Of a stretch of DNA of 33,654 nucleotides, positions 17,117 to 26,323 are shown piece by piece; position 1 is the stretch's first letter; each line of letters opens with the position of its first letter. Source of the DNA: Limnochordia bacterium. GTDB lineage: Bacteria > Bacillota > Limnochordia > Darwinibacteriales > DTU012. The position numbers were made by a program, and so were the translations under genes. The DNA is taken from positions 1-33,654 of the forward strand of contig SKHL01000180.1 in assembly GCA_007116995.1 (NCBI GenBank). The letters run 5' to 3'. The notes beneath the pieces were generated by a model that worked only from the letters and a program-made list of their open reading frames with translations, was not told where the DNA came from and searched no databases.

Positions 17117-19528
17117 ATGTTTGGACGCTTTACAAATAGAGCACAAAAAGTGATTGTACTATCCCAGGAAGAGGCGCGGCGGTTAGGACACAATGTGGTT
17201 GGCACTGAGCATATATTGCTTGGATTGATCGCTGAGGGAGAGGGCGTAGCTGCTAAGGCCTTACAAGGGTTAGGTGTTAGTATCGACAAAGTTCGGACCG
17301 AAGTAGAGAAGGTGATTGGACGCGGTCAAAGTGCAACGACTGACCAAATAGGATTTACACCTCGCTCAAAACGGGTGTTAGAGTTAGCTTTTGACGAAGC
17401 ACGCCAATTCGGGCATACTCATATTGGGACCGAGCATATTCTCTTGGGGTTAATTCGTGAGGGAGAGGGCATTGCAGCCCAAGTGCTGAAAAATCTCGGT
17501 GCTGAGCTAGAGAAAATGCGTAAGCAAGTGATCGAGTTATTAGGAGGTTCTGGGTCTGAAACCAGCAAAGCACCACGCAAGACGAAAACACCGACGTTAG
17601 AACAATTTGGCCGAGACTTAACAGAGCTTGCCACTGAAGGAAAACTAGATCCAGTTATTGGGCGTGACAAGGAAATCGAGCGAGTTATTCAAGTTCTTAG
17701 CAGACGCACGAAGAATAATCCGTGTCTAATCGGAGAACCTGGTGTAGGAAAGACGGCTATTGCAGAAGGATTGGCGAATAAGATAGTTAATAATGATGTG
17801 CCTGAGACACTGTTTGAAAAACGGGTAGTTACCTTAGATCTAGGCTCCATGGTCGCAGGTTCAAAGTTTCGTGGTGAATTCGAAGAGCGATTAAAAAAAG
17901 TGATGGAAGAGATTCGACAATCAGGTGACATTATTTTGTTTATTGACGAGATGCACACCATTATTGGCGCTGGTGCCGCTGAAGGAGCGATTGATGCTTC
18001 CAATATTCTGAAACCAGCATTAGCTCGAGGTGAGGTGCAAGCTATTGGAGCGACTACGCTAGACGAATACCGCAAGCATGTGGAACGTGATCCTGCATTA
18101 GAGCGACGGTTCCAACCAGTGCAAGTTAATGAACCTTCGGTGGAAGAAACAATCGCGATCCTCAAGGGACTTCGTGATCGCTATGAAGCACATCATCGTG
18201 TGGAGATTCTTGATCTGGCCGTTGATGCAGCCGCGGTCTTATCTAACCGATATATTTCTGACCGATTTTTACCTGATAAAGCTATCGACCTTTTAGATGA
18301 AGCGGCATCGAAGGTTCGCCTTCAAGGCCTAGTGGTTCCGCCCGAACTCAAGGACTTGGAGGCCAAGGTCGATGAAGTTAAAATAGAGAAGGAATCGGCT
18401 ATTAAAAACGAGGAATTTGAAAAAGCCGCATCTCTTAGGGATCAAGAACAGAAGCTACAAGATGAGATGGAAACTAAACGTTCTACCTGGAAAAGCGATA
18501 AGGGGCGATCCGCAGCAGTGGTTGCCGAAGAAGATATCGCTAATGTTGTCTCAGCTTGGACTGGAATTCCTGTCAATAAAATCGCTCAAGAGGAATCGGA
18601 ACGGCTGTTAAATCTAGAAGAAGTGTTGCACGAGCGTGTTGTTTCGCAAGAAGAAGCGATCTCTGCTGTATCGAAAGCCGTACGCCGGTCTCGGGCCGGG
18701 TTAAAAGATCCGAAACGTCCTATTGGATCATTTATCTTTTTGGGGCCTACTGGTGTAGGTAAGACAGAACTGGCCAAAGCACTGGCTAGTGCCTTGTTTG
18801 GTGATGAAGATGCGATGATTCGGATCGATATGAGTGAGTATATGGAGCGACATGCAGTGTCTCGTCTAGTGGGAGCGCCTCCAGGATATGTTGGCTATGA
18901 TGAGGCCGGACAGCTCACAGAGAAAGTACGCAGACGACCCTATTCTGTAATCCTCTTTGATGAGATTGAAAAGGCACATCCTGAGGTATTTAACATTCTG
19001 TTACAGGTATTAGAAGACGGACGCTTAACCGACTCGAGAGGGCGAACCGTAGATTTCCGCAATACGGTTGTTATTATGACATCTAATGTGGGTGCTCAAC
19101 AGATTCAAAGAGATACCAATATTGGATTCCGTATTAGTGACAGTGAGAAGGACTCCTATCAGGCTATGAAGAGTAAAGTAACAGATGAGTTAAAACGCAG
19201 TTTTCGTCCAGAGTTTCTTAATCGCATAGACGAGGTTATCGTGTTTCATGCCTTGAATAAACAGCAAATCACTAAGATCGTAGATATTATGCTGAAGGAC
19301 TTGGAGAAACAGTTACAGGATAATGATATTCAGATAGAGGTTACAGCTGCCGCCAAGGAACTCATTGCTAATAGAGGATTCGATTTAGACTTTGGTGCAC
19401 GACCATTGAGGCGGGCTATTCAGCGTTTGATTGAGAATCCCTTGTCCGAGGAAATGCTAAGAGGTAAGTTCACGCATGGAGGTACAGTTCACATTGATGC
19501 TAAAGAAGGGGAATTGGTATTCTTCTAA
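17117..19528 (+). CDS. clpC: ATP-dependent Clp protease ATP-binding subunit ClpC, 803 aa
   Basis: N-terminal double Clp repeat, two Walker A sites ([16 protein letters not shown]) and a UVR linker ([12 protein letters not shown]). Operon context fits. Confidence 0.95.
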   Translation: MFGRFTNRAQKVIVLSQEEARRLGHNVVGTEHILLGLIAEGEGVAAKALQGLGVSIDKVRTEVEKVIGRGQSATTDQIGFTPRSKRVLELAFDEARQFGHTHIGTEHILLGLIREGEGIAAQVLKNLGAELEKMRKQVIELLGGSGSETSKAPRKTKTPTLEQFGRDLTELATEGKLDPVIGRDKEIERVIQVLSRRTKNNPCLIGEPGVGKTAIAEGLANKIVNNDVPETLFEKRVVTLDLGSMVAGSKFRGEFEERLKKVMEEIRQSGDIILFIDEMHTIIGAGAAEGAIDASNILKPALARGEVQAIGATTLDEYRKHVERDPALERRFQPVQVNEPSVEETIAILKGLRDRYEAHHRVEILDLAVDAAAVLSNRYISDRFLPDKAIDLLDEAASKVRLQGLVVPPELKDLEAKVDEVKIEKESAIKNEEFEKAASLRDQEQKLQDEMETKRSTWKSDKGRSAAVVAEEDIANVVSAWTGIPVNKIAQEESERLLNLEEVLHERVVSQEEAISAVSKAVRRSRAGLKDPKRPIGSFIFLGPTGVGKTELAKALASALFGDEDAMIRIDMSEYMERHAVSRLVGAPPGYVGYDEAGQLTEKVRRRPYSVILFDEIEKAHPEVFNILLQVLEDGRLTDSRGRTVDFRNTVVIMTSNVGAQQIQRDTNIGFRISDSEKDSYQAMKSKVTDELKRSFRPEFLNRIDEVIVFHALNKQQITKIVDIMLKDLEKQLQDNDIQIEVTAAAKELIANRGFDLDFGARPLRRAIQRLIENPLSEEMLRGKFTHGGTVHIDAKEGELVFF

Positions 19529-19533
19529 GGAGC

Positions 19534-19576
19534 AGACACAAGCTAAGTTTTCTTTGCTTAGCTTGTGTCTTTTTTA
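19534..19576 (+). terminator. rho-independent terminator after clpC
   Basis: 14-bp perfect stem AGACACAAGCTAAG (19534-19547) / CTTAGCTTGTGTCT (19557-19570), then TTTTT. Confidence 0.85.
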
Positions 19577-19586
19577 TGCACATTTG

Positions 19587-19615
19587 TTGTGTGCAGGTAT
19601 CTCCAGTGGTATAAT
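19587..19615 (+). promoter_or_regulatory. candidate sigma-A promoter for radA-disA
   Basis: TTGTGT (19587-19592), 17-nt spacer, TGgTATAAT extended -10 (TATAAT at 19610-19615). Confidence 0.5.
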
Positions 19616-19645
19616 ATAGGTAACGATGACTTTAGGAGAGGTATG

Positions 19646-21028
19646 ATGCCAAAGAGAACGACGCGGTTTGTTTGCCAAAATTGTGGCACCGAATTTTCAA
19701 AATGGATGGGAAAGTGCTCTGGATGTAGCGAGTGGAATACTCTAGCAGAGGAAGTCGTGCCTAAAGGGAGCAGTCATAGTCAGACCGTTTGGACGAACAA
19801 TGCAGGTTCAGGCAAACCTGAATCGATCTCCGATGTGAAGGCCCATCAAGAGCAACGCTTCTCGAGCGGAATCCCAGAGCTTGATCGAGTTCTAGGTGGG
19901 GGAATTGTGCCTGGCTCTTTAGGTCTAGTTGGGGGTGAACCAGGTATTGGTAAATCCACATTATTGATGCAAGTAGCGGCCTGTGTAGCCGCACAAAGGG
20001 GAACGGTATTATATGTTTCAGGCGAAGAGTCGCCGACCCAATTAAAGCTAAGGGCCCAACGTTTAGACGTTTTGAATTCCAATCTGCAAGTTGTCGCGCA
20101 GGCTAATGCGGGGATAATCGGACAGCATATTCGGGAGTATATGCCAAAGTTAGTGCTGATAGATTCGATCCAAACTATTTATCAGGAAGATCTGTCCTCT
20201 GCTCCTGGTAGCGTAGGGCAAGTACGAGAAGGAGCTACCTTCTTTTTGCAGTTAGCGAAGAGTTTAGAGATACCCATTATTTTAGTAGGACATGTGACTA
20301 AGGGTGGCTCATTTGCAGGACCAAAGGTATTAGAACATGCGGTGGATTATGTCTTATATTTTGAAGGAGATAATCATAATACCTTTCGCATCATTCGTGG
20401 TGTGAAAAATCGATATGGATCCACGAATGAAGTGGGAATCTTTGATATGACCGATAAAGGATTAACTGAGGTGAGCAATCCATCGCAACTATTTCTTTCT
20501 CAACGTCCGATAGGTAGTTCAGGTTCTGTCGTTGTTCCATGCATGGAGGGAACACGACCTTTGCTAGTAGAGGTTCAGGCTTTAGTGGGGCCAACAGCTT
20601 TTCAGGGAACTCCTCGACGTCAAACTACTGGAGTTGACTACCAGCGCTTTTCCATTATCTTAGCTGTACTCGAGAAACGCCAGGGGTATCCTTTGCAAAC
20701 GCAGGATGTTTTTTTGAATGTGGCTGGAGGATTTAAGCTTACAGAGCCAGCGGCTGATTTAGGAGTCGCTGTAGCCATCGCTAGTAGTGTGTGTAATCAG
20801 GCCGTGGATCCCCATTGGGCTGTGCTAGGAGAAGTGGGTTTAGCTGGAGAGGTGCGGGCTGTCAACTATCTTGAGCAACGACTCCGTGAGTTAACCAAGT
20901 TGGGCTTTAAGAAATGCCTGGTTCCAGCGGGGAATAGTAAGGTAAAAGGGGAGATGGAGTTAGTGTACGTTAGTACCATTCAAGAAGCGTTAGATACGGT
21001 CTTTAAGTATAGGCAGAAGGGAGGGTAA
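19646..21028 (+). CDS. radA: DNA repair protein RadA/Sms, 460 aa
   Basis: ATG at 19646 (or the adjacent ATG at 19643) follows AGGAGAGG. Zinc finger CQNCG...CSGC, Walker A GEPGIGKST, KNRYG motif and a Lon-like C-terminal domain are present. The ORF-track start at 19565 lies inside the clpC terminator. Confidence 0.95.
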   Translation: MPKRTTRFVCQNCGTEFSKWMGKCSGCSEWNTLAEEVVPKGSSHSQTVWTNNAGSGKPESISDVKAHQEQRFSSGIPELDRVLGGGIVPGSLGLVGGEPGIGKSTLLMQVAACVAAQRGTVLYVSGEESPTQLKLRAQRLDVLNSNLQVVAQANAGIIGQHIREYMPKLVLIDSIQTIYQEDLSSAPGSVGQVREGATFFLQLAKSLEIPIILVGHVTKGGSFAGPKVLEHAVDYVLYFEGDNHNTFRIIRGVKNRYGSTNEVGIFDMTDKGLTEVSNPSQLFLSQRPIGSSGSVVVPCMEGTRPLLVEVQALVGPTAFQGTPRRQTTGVDYQRFSIILAVLEKRQGYPLQTQDVFLNVAGGFKLTEPAADLGVAVAIASSVCNQAVDPHWAVLGEVGLAGEVRAVNYLEQRLRELTKLGFKKCLVPAGNSKVKGEMELVYVSTIQEALDTVFKYRQKGG

Positions 21029-21031
21029 TGG

Positions 21032-22108
21032 GTGAAGCAAGATACTAGCTATGAACAATCATTACGTAAACATTTAAAACTTGTATCTCCAGGGACTGTA
21101 GTGAATGAAGGCTTAGAGAATGTGTTGCGAGCAAAAACTGGGGGACTAATCGTTGTTAGTGATAATGATGATGTATTAAGTTTGGTCAATGGCGGATTTA
21201 AAATTGATGCAGAAATGCATCCGGCTTCACTCTATGAATTAGCAAAGATGGATGGTGCGTTGGTTCTCTCGAGTGATGCCAAGCGAATATTATATGCGAA
21301 TGCCCAACTAACTCCGGATCCTATGATTTCTAGTTTTGAGACAGGTACCCGCCACCGGACTGCAGAGCGAGTCGCGAAACAGACAGGCCAATTAGTTATT
21401 TCTATTTCCCAGAGACGAAATGTCATTACTATGTATTGGGGCAATTATAAATTTGTGTTACGTGATGTTAGTGTAGTTCTTACCAAGGCAAATCAAGCGT
21501 TATCCACCCTAGAGAAATATAAGAGTGTATTTGAGCAGTCATTAACTAACTTAAGTGCATTAGAGTTTGAAGATTTTGCTACCCTATTTGACGTGTCCAC
21601 TGTCATTCAACGTGGTCAAATGGTTTTCCGAATTGCCACAGAAATAGAACGCTATATCGAGCAGCTTGGTTCTGAAGGTCGTCTGGTCCATATGCAATTA
21701 GAAGAGTTGATGGTGGATATAGAGGATGAGGGACTTCTTGTTGCTAAGGATTATTTATTCATAGAGGAAACGTCGTCACAGAAGGTTTGGAATGAGATAG
21801 CTAGTTGGGATTCAGAAGATCTCCTAGATTTATCAGCTATATCACGGGCTTTAGGACATATCAGTCACATGAATAACTTGGATCAATCCCTAACCCCGAA
21901 AGGGTATCGGATTCTGGGAAAGATACCAAGATTACCCATGCCGGTGGTTGAGAATTTGGTTCAGACCTTCCAGGCATTACCTGCGATTGTCGACGCCTCC
22001 ATTGAGGAATTAGATGAAGTGGAGGGTATTGGCGAGGTAAGGGCTAGAACTATTCGAGAAGGATTACGGCGCTTACGGGAACAAGTGTTGTTAGATCGGC
22101 ATCTCTAG
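21032..22108 (+). CDS. disA: DNA integrity scanning protein DisA (diadenylate cyclase), 358 aa
   Basis: GTG at 21032 lies 6 nt after GGGAGGG. DAC-domain motifs MDGALVLS and TRHRTAERV, and a C-terminal HhH (LDEVEGIGEVRAR). Confidence 0.95.
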   Translation: MKQDTSYEQSLRKHLKLVSPGTVVNEGLENVLRAKTGGLIVVSDNDDVLSLVNGGFKIDAEMHPASLYELAKMDGALVLSSDAKRILYANAQLTPDPMISSFETGTRHRTAERVAKQTGQLVISISQRRNVITMYWGNYKFVLRDVSVVLTKANQALSTLEKYKSVFEQSLTNLSALEFEDFATLFDVSTVIQRGQMVFRIATEIERYIEQLGSEGRLVHMQLEELMVDIEDEGLLVAKDYLFIEETSSQKVWNEIASWDSEDLLDLSAISRALGHISHMNNLDQSLTPKGYRILGKIPRLPMPVVENLVQTFQALPAIVDASIEELDEVEGIGEVRARTIREGLRRLREQVLLDRHL

Positions 22109-22228
22109 ATTTATAGAATTACGAGTATCTACATAGTGACTGAGCGGGTATGTACTTGTTTTATTTGGACGATAGCTGCCGAAAATCGGTGTTTTCATGA
22201 GCATTTTGTGGGAAATTAAGGGTGAAGA

Positions 22229-22257
22229 TTGACTTTTCACACAGAAAGTGATAAATT
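22229..22257 (+). promoter_or_regulatory. sigma-A type promoter upstream of the carD-like gene
   Basis: TTGACT (22229-22234), 17-nt spacer, TGaTAAATT (TAAATT at 22252-22257). Confidence 0.55.
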
Positions 22258-22304
22258 ATATATTGAAAGCCTTAGTAACCTGGGGCGGATTGGGGGTTCT
22301 AGCT

Positions 22305-22790
22305 GTGTACAATATTGGGGATAAAGTGGTATACCCCATGCATGGTGCTGGAATTATTGAAGCCATAGAGGAACAAGAGGTTTTAGGTGAAAAACAGCAT
22401 TATTATATCATGGCGATGCCAATAGGCGATATGAAAGTAATGATTCCTATGAGTTCGGTTGACAGTATCGGTCTCCGTGAAGTCATCACAGCCGATGAAG
22501 CAGAACAGGTAATTCAGATTCTTCGTGGAGAACGGTCAGGAATGTCTCAGAATTGGAACCACCGTTATCGTGCAAACATGGAAAAGATTAAAAGTGGTGA
22601 TGTTTATTCTGTCGCCGAGGTTGTGCGTAATCTATCATTGCGCGACCGGGAAAAGGGACTATCTACGGGCGAGCGTAAAATGCTAGAAACCGCTAGGCAG
22701 ATACTCATTAGCGAGCTTGTTCTAGCCCAGGAGAGCACAGAAGAACAGGTACATACTATGCTTGTAGAGTTTTTTGAGGAGAGGGGGTAG
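22305..22790 (+). CDS. CarD/CdnL-family RNA-polymerase-binding transcription regulator, 161 aa
   Basis: GTG at 22305 gives (M)YNIGDKVVYPMHGAGIIEAIEEQEVLGEKQHYYIM, the canonical CarD_TRCF N-terminal domain. The ORF-track start at 22248 adds a non-conserved hydrophobic extension. Confidence 0.85.
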   Translation: MYNIGDKVVYPMHGAGIIEAIEEQEVLGEKQHYYIMAMPIGDMKVMIPMSSVDSIGLREVITADEAEQVIQILRGERSGMSQNWNHRYRANMEKIKSGDVYSVAEVVRNLSLRDREKGLSTGERKMLETARQILISELVLAQESTEEQVHTMLVEFFEERG

Positions 22791-22947
22791 AATTGGGCCA
22801 CAGCTCTCTCTGAAATTTTCGGATTTATCTGGAATACTATTTTTATATTTGGTTAATACTAACACTACATCAAAAGATATTCTTTATTTGAACAAAGAAA
22901 TCCGATGTTGTAGTGGCTACATGTTTATGGAGGAGGTGAAGTATGGT

Positions 22948-24024
22948 TTGGAACGACTCTTGCGTATAATTTTTGCCGTTTGTGGTGGGTTTATTGGATT
23001 CCACGGTGCTTCCTACGCAATTGATCGGGGCGTGACACTGCAAATTGCTGACACTCGCATTATTTCAGCGGTTTTAATTACAGGCGGAGCTCTTATTGGT
23101 TTGAGTTTTAGTCCTTTGATCATAAGGAAACTGAATACTTCTTTCAGTTGTTTGGTGTCAGCAATACACAAAACACCAACCGGAGACGTGTTGGGAGGAG
23201 CTGTGGGTTTATTACTTGGTTTATTGGTTGCTATCTTGGTGACTATTCCTTTGCCAAACGAAATACCTGTTGTGGGAGAGTACCTACCAGTAATGGTTAC
23301 CTTGCTTTTAGGATATCTCGGTTGGTCAGTGGGAGTACGAAAACGAGATGAGGTATTAGGAATTTTTTCTCGCTCTAGCGAGCGTGGAATAGGCCTTAAG
23401 GATAAGAAAGTGCTTGGAAATCCAAAGATTCTCGATACCAGTGTAATTATTGATGGCCGAATAGCAGATATTACTAAGTCAGGCTTTATAGAAGGGCCAT
23501 TGATTGTACCTAATTTTGTATTAGAAGAATTGCAGCATATTGCAGATTCCTCTGATGCCCTAAAGCGAAATCGAGGCCGTCGTGGACTGGATATACTGAA
23601 CAAAATTCAAAAAGAACCATATGTATCTGTTCTAATCCTAGATAAAGATTTTGATGAGATAAGTGAGGTTGACTCGAAATTAGTTAAGCTAGCCAAAGTA
23701 ATGGCTGGGAAAGTAATCACTAACGATTATAATCTAAACAAGGTATGTGAGCTACAGGATGTAGCTGTGCTAAACATAAATGAATTAGCTAATGCGGTTA
23801 AACCTGTGGTATTACCGGGGGAAGAATTGCGAGTTCATGTGATTAAGGATGGAAAAGAACAAGGCCAAGGGGTTGCCTATTTAGACGATGGTACGATGAT
23901 CGTTGTCGACGGAGGCCGGCGTTTTATTGGAGAAACGATTGGCGTTTTAGTTACAAGTGTTTTACAAACTGCCGCAGGACGGATGATATTCGCTAAACCA
24001 AAAGCGATGGAACGGGCATTATAA
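22948..24024 (+). CDS. yacL: YacL-type membrane protein with PIN and TRAM domains, 358 aa
   Basis: ILDTSVIIDGRIADI...VPNFVLEELQHIADSSDALKRNRGRRGLDIL...VTSVLQTAAGRMIFAKP is close to Bacillus YacL as I recall it. I prefer the TTG at 22948, downstream of GGAGGAGGTG, which gives (M)ERLLRIIFAVCGGFIGF. The ATGs at 22921 and 22927 remain possible. Confidence 0.85.
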   Translation: MERLLRIIFAVCGGFIGFHGASYAIDRGVTLQIADTRIISAVLITGGALIGLSFSPLIIRKLNTSFSCLVSAIHKTPTGDVLGGAVGLLLGLLVAILVTIPLPNEIPVVGEYLPVMVTLLLGYLGWSVGVRKRDEVLGIFSRSSERGIGLKDKKVLGNPKILDTSVIIDGRIADITKSGFIEGPLIVPNFVLEELQHIADSSDALKRNRGRRGLDILNKIQKEPYVSVLILDKDFDEISEVDSKLVKLAKVMAGKVITNDYNLNKVCELQDVAVLNINELANAVKPVVLPGEELRVHVIKDGKEQGQGVAYLDDGTMIVVDGGRRFIGETIGVLVTSVLQTAAGRMIFAKPKAMERAL

Positions 24025-24036
24025 CCATGGTTAGTA

Positions 24037-24061
24037 CCCCGGTGTAGCATCTGCACCGGGG
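24037..24061 (+). other. 8-bp GC-rich hairpin after yacL (weak terminator or attenuator)
   Basis: CCCCGGTG (24037-24044) / CACCGGGG (24054-24061), followed by TTAATTATG with no real U tract. Confidence 0.3.
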
Positions 24062-24222
24062 TTAATTATGCCTGCTCCAAAAATTGATGTTATCGGTGAA
24101 CCGTGCCCATGTCGCCAAACTTCCAGAGTTCGTTTTTCGATGGTTCGTCCAAGAATGTTTGGCGATATCGGGGTCTACTCACTATAGGACTAGTTTCATC
24201 CACAAGGAGGGTGTTGATTAAT

Positions 24223-25401
24223 ATGGAAAAGGTGAGTGTTATTATAGCAGCTGCAGGTAGTGGTAGTCGAATGCAGCTGAGAGAGAATAAGGTGTTGTTG
24301 TCTTTATGTGGTAAGCCGGTATTGATCTATAATTTGGAGTTGTTTTCGTCCCAGGCCTGGGTGGATCAGGTTGTTGTAGTGGCTCGGGAAGAGGATGTGG
24401 AGACAATTTCCGAGTTAGTCTCCGCTGGGAATTTGACTAAGGTCAGTGATGTAATTGTGGGTGGAGCGGATCGTCAGGAATCTGTGTATCTGGGGTTACA
24501 GGCATTAAGTGATAAAACGGAGTGGGTTTTTATTCATGATGGCGCTCGACCTTTAGTGGATGAAGATACATTGATGAAAGCGTATTGGGGGGTGCTAGAA
24601 CATCATGCTATTGGAGTTGGAGTTCCGGTAAAGGATACAATTAAAGTAGTTAATGGTGATTTGGAGATACGAAATACTCCCGACCGTTCTAGCTTATGGC
24701 AGATACAGACACCACAGGCCTTCTCCTATGCCGTGATTACAGAGGCCTACGACCGTGCTCGCCATGAGGACTTCTCTGCTACCGATGATTGTGGATTGGT
24801 AGAACGGCTAGGAAAACCGGTGACGCTAATTAGGGGAACATATAGCAATATCAAAATAACCACGCGGGAGGATCTAGCTATTGCAGAGGCGATATTAATG
24901 AGTAAAAGGAAACCAAGTCAGGGAGGGAATCAGCAGCGAGTCGGGATGGGGTATGATGTGCATCAGCTAGTGGCTGGAACTCCCCTGGTGTTAGCTGGCT
25001 TAAACATAGATCATAGTCATGGGCTGAAAGGCCATTCCGATGCAGACGTGGTTGTTCATGCTTTGATGGATGCTTTATTAGGGGCTTGTGCTCTAGGAGA
25101 TATTGGTTTACATTTTCCCGATACAGATCCGCGATACAAGGGAATATCAAGCTTGGTGCTATTAGAGCATGTGATGACCCAAGTTTGGGAATTAGGTCAT
25201 CACATAAATAATGTGGATTTAACCATTGTAGCAGAACGACCGAAACTATCGGAGTTTTTCTCTGAAATGCGCCATTCATTAGCACCCATTTTACAGGTGA
25301 ATACAGACAGAATTAATATCAAGGCAACAACAACAGAGCAACTTGGCTTTACTGGTAGAAGAGAAGGCATCGCTGCCTATGCTGTTGTCAGCCTAAGTTA
25401 A
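24223..25401 (+). CDS. ispDF: bifunctional 2-C-methyl-D-erythritol 4-phosphate cytidylyltransferase / MEcPP synthase (fused IspD-IspF), 392 aa
   Basis: The N-terminal half carries the IspD motif VIIAAAGSGSRM. After a linker (KRKPSQGGNQQ), the C-terminal half carries IspF motifs RVGMGYDVHQL and GHSDADVVVHAL in one uninterrupted frame. ATG at 24223 lies downstream of AAGGAGGG. Confidence 0.9.
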   Translation: MEKVSVIIAAAGSGSRMQLRENKVLLSLCGKPVLIYNLELFSSQAWVDQVVVVAREEDVETISELVSAGNLTKVSDVIVGGADRQESVYLGLQALSDKTEWVFIHDGARPLVDEDTLMKAYWGVLEHHAIGVGVPVKDTIKVVNGDLEIRNTPDRSSLWQIQTPQAFSYAVITEAYDRARHEDFSATDDCGLVERLGKPVTLIRGTYSNIKITTREDLAIAEAILMSKRKPSQGGNQQRVGMGYDVHQLVAGTPLVLAGLNIDHSHGLKGHSDADVVVHALMDALLGACALGDIGLHFPDTDPRYKGISSLVLLEHVMTQVWELGHHINNVDLTIVAERPKLSEFFSEMRHSLAPILQVNTDRINIKATTTEQLGFTGRREGIAAYAVVSLS

Positions 25402-25413
25402 GGTAGGTGCCTC

Positions 25414-25788
25414 TTAGAGACCTGCCACAGCTACAGCTCGCATGATATCATCCTGATAGATCTGAACTTCTACACCACGGCTGCGAACGATATCAGCATA
25501 AAGACGCTGTGCAGAAGATTCAGCTAACCGGTGCCATTCTGCGGGTTCTCGAGGACGTGCGCCCTCCTCACCGCGATACTCTGCTTGCACTAATATGCGG
25601 TCTCCTACTGTGGAGACACTGCGAAACGTTAGATTATCTATTTCTGGTGCAGCTTCATTCACTCGTTGAATCACATCCTGCTGGTCGGCAGAATCACTAA
25701 TAGTACCTGGTGTTAATAAGGTGAAGAGACCAGCAGAGACTAGGATACCCACGAATAATAGGATTGCACCCCAACGTAACCAACCCAT
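25414..25788 (-). CDS. hypothetical membrane-anchored protein, 124 aa
   Basis: ATG at 25788 lies 7 nt after AAGGAG. N-terminal TM segment WGAILLFVGILVSAGLFTLL, followed by a soluble charged domain. I recognise no family. Confidence 0.6.
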   Translation of the reverse strand: MGWLRWGAILLFVGILVSAGLFTLLTPGTISDSADQQDVIQRVNEAAPEIDNLTFRSVSTVGDRILVQAEYRGEEGARPREPAEWHRLAESSAQRLYADIVRSRGVEVQIYQDDIMRAVAVAGL

Positions 25789-25886
25789 ATAACCACTCCT
25801 TGTCGTTTTCCTATAGTGTTTGCGTAATTAACTATTTCATGCCAAAAGGTATCTTGTGATTATTTTAGGTTTTAGGTTGTCCGCGA

Positions 25887-25915
25887 TTGACAGAATAGAG
25901 GGTAGTTTATATAAT
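25887..25915 (+). promoter_or_regulatory. consensus sigma-A promoter driving the T-box leader of cysE-cysS
   Basis: TTGACA (25887-25892), exactly 17 nt, TATAAT (25910-25915). Confidence 0.7.
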
Positions 25916-25921
25916 AGGTGT

Positions 25922-26192
25922 AACAACTAAATGATACTCGTGTCAAAAGGAAATGATGGGGAAAGTAGATTTCGTTATACATTATAGAGATTGGATGTCA
26001 TGGGCTGAAAGCATCCTAATGAAGACGAAATTCGAAGTGCACCTTGGATCTGTCAAGCTGAAGTTATCTAGGCTTGGTCGGCTGTGGCCGTTATCTCACA
26101 CTAAGTGTCTTATCCTAAGATAGGAAATAAGGATAAGGAAGCAGAGTGGAACCGCGTAACCCACGTCTCTGTCAGGAGTCGTGGGTTTTTTG
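25922..26192 (+). promoter_or_regulatory. T-box riboswitch leader, cysteine specifier (TGC)
   Basis: GA/K-turn and AGTA elements (ATGATGGGGAAAGTAG), an AGAGA box, a specifier loop GAAG-TGC-A (TGC at 26038-26040) and the T-box sequence AGAGTGGAACCGCG (26143-26156). The TGGA bulge fits a U73 discriminator. Terminator stem AACCCACG (26158-26165) / CGTGGGTT (26180-26187) plus a T run. Confidence 0.85.
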
Positions 26193-26249
26193 ACATATCA
26201 GAAAGCATAAGTGGTTACCTTTAAAGAAGGATATATTGTCCTTTGAGGT

Positions 26250-26275
26250 CCATAGTCTTCACTAGAGGACTACGG
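26250..26275 (+). other. stem-loop in the leader between the T-box terminator and cysE
   Basis: CCATAGTCTTC / GAGGACTACGG, 11 positions with one A-C mismatch and one G-U, and an ACTA tetraloop. No U tract. Confidence 0.3.
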
Positions 26276-26323
26276 AACGAAAGGAACTATATGTTTTTCG
26301 GTATCTATTAAGGGGGGAAGAAG

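Noticed and set aside
17689-18165. Long antisense ORFs inside clpC (158 aa). Similar ones lie inside yacL (23013-23603, 196 aa), ispDF (24878-25285), tilS (3582-3929) and other genes.
   Set aside because: They have no SD, their composition is low-complexity and Ser/Pro/Arg-rich as is typical of the reverse frame of real genes, and each is fully nested in a strongly supported CDS.
22774-22947. Upstream extension of the yacL ORF, which overlaps the end of the carD-like gene.
   Set aside because: The extension crosses an AT-rich non-coding stretch and adds residues absent from YacL homologues as I recall them. An SD precedes the later start.
24109-24165. An 11-mer TGTCGCCAAAC is shared between the ispDF leader (24109-24120) and the sigH downstream region (31073-31083). 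A 9-bp inverted repeat TCGCCAAAC/GTTTGGCGA also lies at 24112-24165.
   Set aside because: More than a hundred chance 11-mer matches are expected in a 33.6-kb window, so the shared word is not significant. The inverted repeat arms are 36 nt apart with no further support.
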